Shown here one piece after another: positions 36,905 through 48,780 of a DNA stretch of 64,000 nucleotides. How positions within the stretch are numbered: the stretch's first letter is position 1; the number at the start of each line of letters is the position of its first letter. The notes beneath the pieces are model-generated. The model saw only the letters and a list, made by a program, of their open reading frames with translations. It had not been told where the DNA came from and did not search any database. Source of the stretch: Iphione sp. A-MEVVRFRX5 (Eukaryota). The stretch spans positions 67,642,001 to 67,706,000 of the forward strand of contig OZ320313.1 of the NCBI GenBank assembly GCA_976226885.1. Direction: 5' to 3'. The translations under genes and the position numbers were made by a program.

Positions 36905-39900
36905 CAGAGAGCCTCCCGACCTCCCACGGACAAGGAGGACCGGATCGCCGCAGTGGGCCGGTTTGGGGCTATCGCTGGTTTGCGCCAAGGGCGACTTTTG
37001 TAAATGCGTATCTGAGAGGTGATGTGTGTAAGGCAAACATTCCTGCCTCTGGATCAACAAAGTAGCGTACGTGTCTGCACGCAAGATGCAACTTTATTTT
37101 TAAGAAAACATCCCAGCGTCTAATACTGCAACACCGGTGTTGTGAAAGAGGGTCTAGAAGTGATCCTAAATACGCTTTGGGCATACACTATCGATGAATT
37201 CTTAATGTGAACACGACAGGATGTTAAAGAAGGTAAAGGAGGAACAAGAGCTGTTGCATTGTGCTGGTGGGCCAGGTAATGACAGCGACTTTGACAGGCC
37301 TTGTCCTACACAAAGCACACAGTAATGTTTACTTTTGAAGACGGCGGAGGAGGTAGAACTAGCAGAGGGGCCTGGGTTACAGACGAAATGCCCGCTGGCG
37401 TCAGGATGTCATTCTGATAGCAGGTCAAATTTGATGAAAGCCAGCAGCAACTGTGGTCTAGATGACTCCCCGCACGCCCGAAAAGGCACCCAGTCAATTA
37501 GAGGCCCTCCCACGCCCAATGCAACAAGTTAGAGCAATACATGGGCAACAATAGCGAGCTAATGCCAGCCTGAATTGGTCATTATACCACTCTGTCAGAC
37601 GAGGCGGTTTAAGACTTGGCCTTTCGTATTGGACAACCTCGGCAACTGAAGGAGGACTGTCGTGCAGACAGAAAGAAGATCAAAATCAAGCAAAGGCGAA
37701 TTCCTTACCAAGAGCATACGATACTTTTCCTTTTCCATATATATAGTCCTGACAATATTCAGCAGTTACCATTATAATGTCACATGCATGCCGTAAAGAG
37801 TAATAGACAATAGCGTAAATGGAAACTTACACAGTACATATCTTTACATTTAAAGCACATTTAATGACAGACACAACCCAGCGACGGGTCAAGGTGCTTG
37901 CCCGAGAGAAGTCAACTGGCAGAGGAAATGGTGCTCCCTAATTCGCCCTGAAAACCGTAGTAGCATGCATGGCTGTCAAACAGCGAGTAACAAGTATGCA
38001 AAATATTTCATGTACGCGGCTGCAGAAGAAGAAGGTTATGGTTCACTCTCAGACACAAACCAAGCACGTTATTTGTTCAATATGGATCTTACGAAGCATG
38101 AAAAACTAAACATAACAAAACCAGGGACTCAAATACCAAAAGGCGTCTTCCCATATGACCTTACTCTATTTTGCCAACCTCGCACGATGGCTCGTGAAGC
38201 CCAAAGGATTGAACATACTACTTATGTCCTTAACAAGGGAAGGCCAGCAATGAATATTTGACAGATCAACAGGAGTCCAAGAATAATTATCACAATTGTA
38301 AAATTATATCTGTCCACATTTTGTACCAAACATTCTATTACCGTGTCCTAGCTGATGTATACGCGCCGGAGCACGCATATAGGAAAAATGGAAGAAGAAC
38401 CGAATTCACTCAAACATTCTATAAAAATAACATGGAAAAGAACAGATCTAGTCCGATGTCCGCAACTAGTATGCAGCGGTCCCATGATTACAGAGTGGGA
38501 GGTGGCGGATGATGTAAATCTTCTCTGCCTCCCACGCCGAACCCCAACAAACAGTGTGTGCGGGTCGCGCGGGCTGATCATGCATGCCAGTGGTGGAATC
38601 TCAGGTGAGCTCGGATTTGCACCTGTTTTGTTTGACGTTGACATGACGCTAGCCTGGACAAAGAGTTACGTATAGGGAGCTGGGCAGGTCCATTTACTGG
38701 GTACAATAGCGACAGGCTTCAAGCGGGTCTGATCACAGCGTTGTGCAAGCTCTGCCGTCAGAGGAAGGGCAGGTGTACCCTATTAACGCACCAAATGCTG
38801 CCACGTTTACTACATTTTATTGCCTCTTTTTTGTCAGAAGCCAGAAACTAAATCGGCAGAGGATTGACGGAGACGGACGTGTTTGTTAGACCCTGGATCA
38901 TACATGAAGAGAAGCCGAGCTGTGTGTATACAGTGGACGTGTTCCTGGGTACTTCTGTTGGGCAATCCTTTGGGTACTGACAAGTCAAACCCGCCAAGCC
39001 AATTTTACGAGTGAAATATGCGGTTATTAGTCTAAAATGGGATTAAATATAAGACATCTGGCATTCTGAACTTATATGAAACAGATCTAACAGTGTCAGG
39101 GTATCAATTTCATCTCATGGAAACCACCTTGGCAACCGGTCGGCGTAGTCCATGGACATCTTGACCAATGGACCCTCAAGCAAGTGTCAATGACAGATGG
39201 AAGCACAGTGGAGCGGCAAGCATACCAAAAATAGAAAGCTTCAAGTTCATCCATTTGTATTGTCCCTAGAGTAGGAACTCGTCTCAACATATCTATCAGT
39301 AATGTGTCACTATCAATACGCCACACGTATCAGTACCAACGGGTTGTTTTATCTACGTATGTATATCATTGAAATCTGGAAACATCACAAATCATGCGAA
39401 TGTTCTGACAAGAAAGATTTACCGCTTGACAGGGATAATTTATACTATATGACGACACCACTATGAACGTGCCAAATCATGTAAATGAACGGCATGCCAG
39501 ACCTGGGGGGGGGGGGAGGGATGGAACTGGGGATTTTCCACAAGAGCGCCAAGAGACTAGAAATTCAGAGCAAATGAGACAATTTTCGCTATACCACACA
39601 CATACATTTTAGAAAATTGGTCATTCTGTGTCATGAAAATAAGAGTAATCCATCTCCCCCTAAATATTATGTATCCGAGAATGGTCATCGTAATCTGACC
39701 CGGCGTGACATGAAACACACTTTATTAGTGTGACTTGCTTGAAATTAAGTTCATCCGAAGCTATATATATTACATTTTTTCGCCTAGAGAAACGTACTAC
39801 TAAACTGACACTCTGCCTTTTATCCCATTAGACGCTGGTCCTGTCTGAAACATGGCTTTTTAAAATTCCTATTTCAGCGATGGTTGCGGATAGACCTCCG

Positions 39901-40136
39901 CTAGGGACTTCCATTTCTTTCTCCGCTTCATCTAAATTATCCAAATTAGGCCTAAGCTAGAATCCAGAGTAGATGCAATCGAGGGTAAAATGCTTTTAAC
40001 CCTGAGCGTGTGGCCGAGGCATAAGGCATCATCAATCTCCGTACTACGCCATAAAACCTTGACATGCATCCATTTATTCACGAAACAGAGTCACCCGACG
40101 TCATCCCACTCCTCAGAATGTACACACACTGTACAA

Positions 40137-40137
40137 C

Positions 40138-40178
<41 letters not shown>

Positions 40179-40193
40179 TAGACAGACAGACAG

Positions 40194-40221
<28 letters not shown>
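40137..40221. repeat. Compound (CAGA)n(CA)n microsatellite
   Basis: Direct reading of the sequence. Confidence 0.95.
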
Positions 40222-40225
<4 letters not shown>

Positions 40226-41180
40226 ACGTGCACGGTGTTGCATTTGTTTGTGAATAACAAAGTGGATCCTGCACGAAATCTTGCACTCGGAGGGGAGAGT
40301 GATTGTCCCCACGTCATCAAACTGAAAATAATGGAAAATACTACTCTTTTCCTTTTTCATCCACAGCAATCGTGCAGATGGGTGGCAGCGGTTAAGCAGC
40401 GTTGAGAGACAAATCAGGGACACCTCTGCGGAAGGAACAGATTAATATTATTAAGCTTGCAGGGGGCATCGGGTTCATTGTGCCTGTCAATGGGGCTATA
40501 GGGAAGCAAGGTTAGGGAAAAGGGTCAGGCTGGGAAGGCTGCTCTGGGGGAGTTAAGGCCGACCACAATCCCCAGTCGGGGGCCTAGCATTCAGCTGGAT
40601 TCCCAATCCAATCGCCTCCACCCAGCACATCAGCTGCGGCGAAGAATGTGGCGCAAACCGTGATCACTAACATCTCCCTTTCCTACCGAAAAAGAATCTA
40701 GTCACATAGAAACCGTTCAGTGATACTGGAGAGAATGCCACGTAACACATCAGTGTATCACCATCTTCGCTGAGTGTAAATAAGATGTATTTGTATGTAT
40801 GTGTATATATACATGTATGTGGTACAACATGTTTCAGCCAATATGACAGCACACGTTCCAAAACCTGAGTGTCTTTTCTTGTCGATTATTTTTCATTCAG
40901 TCCGGTGCAGTAATTGTATAATGGTCACGAGAAAACATAACCTGTCAGTTCGTAAGAACAGTATACATGTACTTGTATTAGCGAAATGCCTCTGAGGTCA
41001 AACTACATAGAACACTCAGGTAGCGGTGATATGTGCAAGATTGCTTGATATTAAAGAACCGATGAGGAATTACTGTACGAAATTAGCTTTTCAATGTTCA
41101 AAGCCTCTACTATTGTATAAATGTTTTCGTACGTTTGGCTCTCAATCATGCACTTCCTGCCTCATTGATATTTCTCATTG

Positions 41181-41234
41181 TTTCCTATGTTCTTACGCTT
41201 GTACAAGGACGGTTTTCCTATGTTCTTACGCTTG
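41181..41234 (+). repeat. 21-bp exact direct repeat TTTCCTATGTTCTTACGCTTG x2, 12-bp spacer
   Basis: Copies at 41181-41201 and 41214-41234. Confidence 0.9.
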
Positions 41235-44200
41235 CTTTATTGATAGTTCTCTTTACTTTTTATGGTCTTACACTGGCACGCCAGTAAAGGGTCATTATCA
41301 ACCTGCCCTCGGATATTTCCTACAAGTGTAAGCATCGAACTATATGCCAAGGCTTGATATATATGTACATGTACATGGTGTTTGTGAGATTTTTTCCCCC
41401 TTTTTTGTGAGATATGGTTCGGCTCCACAAATGCACCCTCTGTATAACAAGAATGCTACATAAGGATATCTTACATACATTTTAGTCTATAGCAGTTTAT
41501 GAAGCAGATATAGACAATATCTGCACACATAAACCCCCAGGTAGCAAATACATTGCAGAAAACATTATACCAACTACAGATGCTTCTTACCTTATCATTG
41601 GTTTGGCTCTTATTACAAGGAGAACGGCGTTGTCTTATTCCCGTTCACTGAACAAGTAAAGAGAGAGGGGCGAAAACAGTAAAAAGTCGGCGCAGCGTCA
41701 GTGATCAACACGTCTTTGTTTAACGCAGCAGCCGTCTCCACTCGTTCCATATAGCGCCTGACATGCGCCTATTTTGTTAACAGCGACGAAAAGGCACCCT
41801 CTCTGTGCGGAATCTTTTTTTTCCTTCAGAGAGAAGAGCCTATCCGTCCTGCTGATTTCTTTGCATAGCCTAGTATTAAATTTTTAATCCCTAAAGAGGT
41901 CTAGCTGCCCCATTGTGGAACATGCAAACCAAACGCTTCTTGATGTTTCTAGGAAAGATCAGTTCCTGATTTTATCTACATGTACTGACAAAACCTTCTC
42001 GAAAAAGAATTTCGCATAGAAAACTCCAAACTTGGGAGTTTCCACAAGTTATCCATATACACTCATCCAAAAACAATATGCTGAATCTGTGAGTGTGCAT
42101 GCGTGCACGTCCACATGCACGCACACACCCCCACGAACGCACCCACACGTATGCGCATATAAATGCCTTATGTATGAAACAGGGAACATAACAACAATTA
42201 CAATTACCTCATCCACCACATACATTATTTAAAGAACAAGATGGTTCAGTGTGGCTAAAGTGCATTTTATTTCTAGCGTTCAGTGTGAATATAGGTAACA
42301 GCATTTGAAATTCCTTTCCATATTAAATTAGCGCTTCGAAGACGATAACTAGTCTTCAGACGTACAATGTATTTCCTTTTCAAGTGGCCACCTTCACACT
42401 GTCGCGTTACTTAATACGCTCCCTTTCTTTATTTTCCCCCAACTACACCGGTGATAGGCAGGGTGGCAGAAAACCGATAGGTGTGTTCCGTCTTGCGGCT
42501 TATCAAGTCTCCACTGCCTGGCCAGAAACCAATATGTCAAAATCTCAGGGCGACTCTACCGCGAAACCCTCTGCATTTGGAGGGGGGGGGGGCTGTCCGG
42601 GGTGATGGTGGTGCTGGGGGATTAGACGACTTTACGCCAGTAACAAACCAATATGTGTATTTCTTACTGCTGATAAAGCGCACCTATCTCGCTGAGGAGG
42701 GAGATCATTGTCTCGCTACACAGCGATACATTGCTGTGAATTATTGCAAAAAAAATAAAAAATAATAAAAAAAAAAACTCGAGTATCGTTGATGCGACTT
42801 CGCCTATCGACATAAACCGGGTGGGAAGGCGCGTATTTATTTATGTATGTTTATGGAGGGATGGTGTCGTGCTCCGGTTACATACCATACACTCGCCAGA
42901 CATCAGCCGGTCCAGGTGGCCGCGACACGTAACAAGTAAAAGAAGAACCTCATCAGTCAATCATCACCTTTAAGAAGAACCAGGTGGACGGCTCAGCTGC
43001 TCCCTTTAAAGGTCTGCTCCGAATGAGCAAGTCAGGCTGTCAGAGCAACTTGGATGGAGCACTAACCTTGAATTATGTAGTTCAACATTTTACGGTTGGC
43101 AGTCTTCTTTAAGAAACGTATTCTTTGAGCAGTCGTTGTTTTTTTTTTATTATTATTATTTGTTTTTGTTTTTGATATTATGTTTTAGACTGTTCACCAA
43201 TGCCAAATAGAATAAGTACCAAAGTGGAATGCTCTCCTCAAACAGCGAAATATATGTAAATATCAGCACTACGGGATTTCATTGCTTTTTAAAGATGCTA
43301 AGCTTGTCGACTACATGTACCTCTATCATACGCAACTGTTTTAAAGGTAACTACATTAGTCTCTCAAGAGACTGTCTGTGTGCCTTGCTTGCCCTAGGGA
43401 AGAGAAAGGTAATGGTATAAATACTAGATTAAGGGGGAGGGTATTGCCACAGTGAACGTGTTCTATGTCAAGTCGACGTTTTTCTTGGCATGCTACCTTC
43501 CCATTAGAGGGAATCATACCCAAGGCCAGCGCCCCTGTCATGCCCACCTAGCTCTACACTGCCCATGGTGAAATCGGATAAGCTTAAGCTCTTTGATATG
43601 CTTTCTGCCTTTATCTCAGGCATACCGAGAGGAAATAATGTTTTGAGGAATCAATCAAAAGCCCCAACTACAATACTGATGTGCCTATTCAGTAGGGCAC
43701 TGGCACATGTGAAAATTTCTGGAAATAGAGGACCTCACTGAAAAGGAGAAGATCTGGCAGATTCTTTATTCCTATATCTTGTCTTGTAAATTCAACGGTG
43801 ACCAACACCATGTCTACCAACACACCAATTATTGCTTTTTCAGATATGTGGCACCAGTCCGTTTACTTTAATGGTATGAACAGTAAATAGGAATCTGTCT
43901 GGCGCCATTTCAGGTAGCTTTCTGCCTTACTTGTCAACCAATTTCAAATTCGAGCGATAAAACAATATTACTTCAATTAAATCTCGAACGTAAAACACAT
44001 GCGAGAATAGCAGGATGAACTAAACGAAACAGCGGGCATTGAAATACCTTTTGGAACACATCAGCTAAACTGACCCAAAAAAGGGTGAACAATAATATCC
44101 ATGACAAAAACGGTTTTCTAAATAACAAAACAAGTAGCTGCGCCGCTCACTGTTGGATAAACGAAGCCATTTTGATGAAATGCTGGAGGAAAGAACATTC

Positions 44201-45060
44201 ACGAAGCAGATTGTCGTCTGCAGCGATCTTCGGAACACCTGGGGGAATAAACCGTCCTGGCAGACAGCATCGACATGGCGAGCCGCTGGGGGAAGGGAGG
44301 GGGGGCGCAAGGGGGGAGGGGGGGTATGGCAAGGAGCACGATTGGAGCCGTCTTCGGCGAACACGCCCTCGGTGAGAAGTCCTTGTCCCCGAGGTTTCAA
44401 CGGCTCCTGCTGCCGCCTCCAGCCATCTACCGGCCGACCCAGACTACAACCGGTAGAGTCCTCCTGTGGCTGACTCCAGGCAATGGTCCACTGCCGCCAT
44501 GTGGGATGTTGGCCTCTCAATCTTGATAAAGCACCAGCGTTTTTTCCTTCGACTTTTCCTGCCTTTTTTTACCGCCTTTTTCAATTTTGGCATATACTAC
44601 AGCAAATTGCGCTACCTCCTAGATATACAGGATGTGTTGTATGTATGTTTGTAACCATGTTTTTGAATATACTGCTATTCATGTAACATCTTTCACTGCC
44701 GGCATGCACTGGCAGTATTCTATGTACATGCATATAAATACAAGTAAACACACGAAACTGGTACGACGGACTTCTTTGTTCTATCATTGGTAAATCTAGT
44801 CGGCTGTAAGGTATAACACGGTAAAGATCACAAATTTGCCCTTTACCGATAAATTACCGGAGAACACTAACATGGGTATTCCTTATAAGTACGTATATCA
44901 TGCGTTTACGATGGCTAGCGTACTTGTTTTCTATCTTTGTGATATATTGACGAGGGAAGCTGTAGATCTCCTCTGGAGATAGAAACACCCCACGCTACAG
45001 TAAAAAGTCAACCTTCCCTCGATGGTCTCAAAAGTCCAATCAAAGTTCCAAGAGTTCAAT

Positions 45061-45081
45061 AGAAAGAAAGAAAGAAAGAAA

Positions 45082-45145
<64 letters not shown>

Positions 45146-45146
45146 A
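45061..45146. repeat. (GAAA)n microsatellite
   Basis: About 21 units, one irregularity. Confidence 0.95.
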
Positions 45147-46141
45147 ATGCTGCGGCGAAAAAAAACTATAGTGGGTGGTCACCACGAACCCAAGAGAAAT
45201 GGGGAAGAAGAATCCATGCTGAATCCTGAGGAACAAACACCAGCTTGATCATTTCTCTTAAAACTACCATCATGACAACTAAATCTGGGACGGCATGTGG
45301 CAAACTATGACCGGGCGTCATAACGTCACCGACTCGTCCTGTCTCCGCAAAGTGTCTGTCATTATTTCAATTAAAAGTATGTCAGGGGTGGTGTGAAAAT
45401 TCAACCATGAGTTGAACTTCGCCTGACACGAAGCCCTTAAAGGCATGGCGTCTCTGGCCAACTGAGCTGTGTGATTCATGTATTCACGTCCAACTAGGAC
45501 ACATCTTCCCAGATTTGGGTGAAAATGAGGGTTGTTTAATGAGGGGTGGTGATAGTTATTGGGGGTGGGGGTAGGGTGGATGGGGAGGGTTGGGTTAGAG
45601 GGTTGGAAATCTGTCCTCAGGCTACAACTCGCTCCCCAATTATGGGGAAATAATCAAATATTCCGTTCACACAAGCGTCAAGGACGCCTCGATACCACCG
45701 ACGCGGTCATCATTGGAACAAAACTCCCAGCCGGCACGTCGAAGCCGAGTGGGACGTAATTTGGTGGGGATGGTGTTACCCAAGTGGAGTTTGCTTCCAT
45801 CTCCTTCCATCCACTCACGAGGCATATTATATTGGGAATGAGCGTGAAGTGTTGGCGAACGTAAATATTTGTATCTTGCTTGGGAACGCGGACACGATAC
45901 TACTGGAACAAGGGCAAGACCCTAAAGTAAGCATGGACCAGCTGGAGATGAGATCTCCACGTGGTGGTTTATACAGCCATATGACATTAAAAAGGTCTTG
46001 CGGAAAAAAAAGCCATCTAGTCGTTTTTACGCGATCTGCTACCTGCCCTTTCACTGGGGAGGTCCCGGTCCGCGAACCTGATTGCATAATAAATCCAACA
46101 ATCAGTAATTAGAGTAATGTTCCTGACAGCTGCCTCTTCTA

Positions 46142-46470
46142 NNNNNNNNNNNNNNNNNNNNNNNNNNNNNNNNNNNNNNNNNNNNNNNNNNNNNNNNNNN
46201 NNNNNNNNNNNNNNNNNNNNNNNNNNNNNNNNNNNNNNNNNNNNNNNNNNNNNNNNNNNNNNNNNNNNNNNNNNNNNNNNNNNNNNNNNNNNNNNNNNNN
46301 NNNNNNNNNNNNNNNNNNNNNNNNNNNNNNNNNNNNNNNNNNNNNNNNNNNNNNNNNNNNNNNNNNNNNNNNNNNNNNNNNNNNNNNNNNNNNNNNNNNN
46401 NNNNNNNNNNNNNNNNNNNNNNNNNNNNNNNNNNNNNNNNNNNNNNNNNNNNNNNNNNNNNNNNNNNNNN
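46142..46470. other. Assembly gap (329 N)
   Basis: Run of N in the sequence. Confidence 0.99.
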
Positions 46471-47322
46471 GGATGTAGTGTAATAGCTGAACCAAGCGTG
46501 TCGAATTAGATTTCACGAGTCTTCAGCAAATACTAAATGTCTATACAGTTGTCTGTCTTTTTGTAATATTTCTCCCCCCTGAATTCTGGAGAAAAAAAAT
46601 ATTGGTACCAGACAACCCCGTCGTGATCAATCTGGCGCCAGCACTAATTGCGAGTTTCCTTTTGTTTCCCGGCATGCATTCGGCGTCTTTCTTCTGGCTG
46701 ACACAATTGTCAACACAATCACACCACTGTGTTGCTGGGCAACAAAATGAACGCTGCTAACAAAGCAATTCCTGTCAACCATAACTCTCCCTAAAGCAAC
46801 AATTTCCATATTTTTATCACCGGAGTATTACCGGATTGCTGCATTAAGGGGCGACGTAAAGCATGCTTGGCCCATGACGCTGATATAGGAACGTATACGC
46901 GATGGGTCTGACGTGTTATGACTATTAATAGGGAAATAAAAGAATGGGAGGACAATGAAGAAAATAGAATCCCTGGACGCTAACCGACCCAAATGATAGT
47001 CTTAACACGTTAGGTACTGTTGTGGGGATGAATGAAGTGTCAAGAACACTGCACGCTCCACCACCGAAACAGGCCAACGGAATCTGTTCTCAGACAGCGT
47101 TTCTCCTGTCTCCATGGCGAACTATGCTGTTTTTTTTTTTTGTTTTTTTTTTGCTTCAACGTCCGCACTAGCGTCCTGCTTCATGACAGTCCTAATCACT
47201 GAATTAATATCTCCACCGCACAGACAATACGCCCGCCGTAGCCCACGCCTACCGCAGGGGGTAAGGTGAGCAGGGGCGGGGACGGGGGCTGCAGAAGGGC
47301 CCTGTCACTGCTCACTGCCCGA

Positions 47323-47338
47323 AGGTCATACGGGGTCA
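47323..47338 (+). promoter_or_regulatory. Nuclear-receptor DR4 motif (AGGTCA-tacg-GGGTCA)
   Basis: Exact match to RGGTCA-N4-RGGTCA, the TR/LXR-type spacing; motif match only. Confidence 0.3.
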
Positions 47339-48726
47339 TTCACCTTCATGTATCAGACCCGGCTTATCTTTCCACACAGGCCACGCCCAACGGCCTTCCC
47401 CCCACATTGTAGATATTAGTGCTTCTCATAAAAACCTCAAACTTCCAGATACGTGCGCGCTGGGATTGATCAAATCTAACACGTGGCGCTTGATGAATAC
47501 AAAGGGATTATTAATGGGAAGCAGGCGGTGATAAATGTGAAGTTTGATGAGAGAAAATAAAAGATGCATTCCTATAAATGTTTCCCATCAAACTATGGGG
47601 GGGGGGGGTATCAACACAGATGTTCGGTGATTCGAAAATTTGAAGCTGAATTAGTGATTTGTTGAGGGAGCGGCGACGGCCTGCGGGGCACGCGGGGGAA
47701 TCTACAACTACCGCCTGTCATATTAAGAATCAGCGCCTTTGGCCAGAAGACAAGGCCTTATCACATCCAGAATGAGACTCGGCTCAAGGGTGAGGAGGCG
47801 AGAGATGTGTGTGTCACTGCAGGACTACGACCTGTCCCCGGAAGCCATCTGTAGAGGAAGCTTGGGCGCAGACAATGCCTGACCTCAAGGTCAGACCCTA
47901 CATCCTTCCGCCCTGACCAGCCCCTCCCATCGCAACCCCAACATTGGTTTAACTCAACCAGAAACTATTCGATGTTTACAGGTCCGGGCTGTTTTCACGC
48001 CCCAATGTACAGCAGCCACAGCAACGGCCGACAAACAAATTAAAATGGAATTTAGAAAAAAAAAACGGAGACGGTGCTACACAAAGCACTTGAACTTGCC
48101 ACAAAGCCTATGTTTTCAATGTGTAATTCCTGTCATATTTGCAGATACAAGAGATAACAACTAGGATCATCTCACAGCGTCTGTCTGCTCTTCTTATCAG
48201 GAAGAAAGTGGACGCCACAGAGGTTAATTGAACAAGCCGACCTGTGCACTGTCCGCTAGAAAAGTTCCGATAGGTCAAAATGGCTGAGTGGAAGAGAGGC
48301 CGTGCCCGCTGCCATTCCAAACGCTCACCTCGACCCCCTGGCATAGGCCCATAATTCCCACCTGCAGGACTGCAAAAAACAGTGCCTTTTCCATTTGTAT
48401 CGTGTACATCCAGAAGGAACCAGTCTATTACATGTATATATTACATATCAAAAACGTGTTTTTTCCAATTTATTATGTGCAACACACAACTAAAATACGG
48501 ACGTCTCGAAGAAGGTCATCAGAAATACAATCCGAATGGGACGAATAGCTTGGCGTACAACTGTGTGCATCAATGTCTGCTCCATCTTACATTAATCATG
48601 TATGTTGTGGAAATATATCAAACATGAGATTAACATTCTCAGTTTTGTCTTTTCAAGCCGAAGGCAGTCTTAAAGTTACATGGGTATTTGCCGTCGACGG
48701 TCCTGTGATAAACATACCGTACTCAC

Positions 48727-48780
48727 CGAGTTGCCACAAAGGAATTTGGAAGTACATACCTGCAAAGATTAAAGATACCA
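48727..48780 (-). other. AG|GT (recursive-site-like) junction with 33-nt exon
   Basis: Minus: tatctttaatctttgCAG|GTATGT at 48760/48759; strong donor TCG|GTGAGTAC begins at 48726. Confidence 0.35.

Noticed and set aside
41181-41234. Direct repeat with spacer as a mini-CRISPR
   Set aside because: Only two copies, 12-bp spacer, eukaryotic context, no cas genes; a local duplication.
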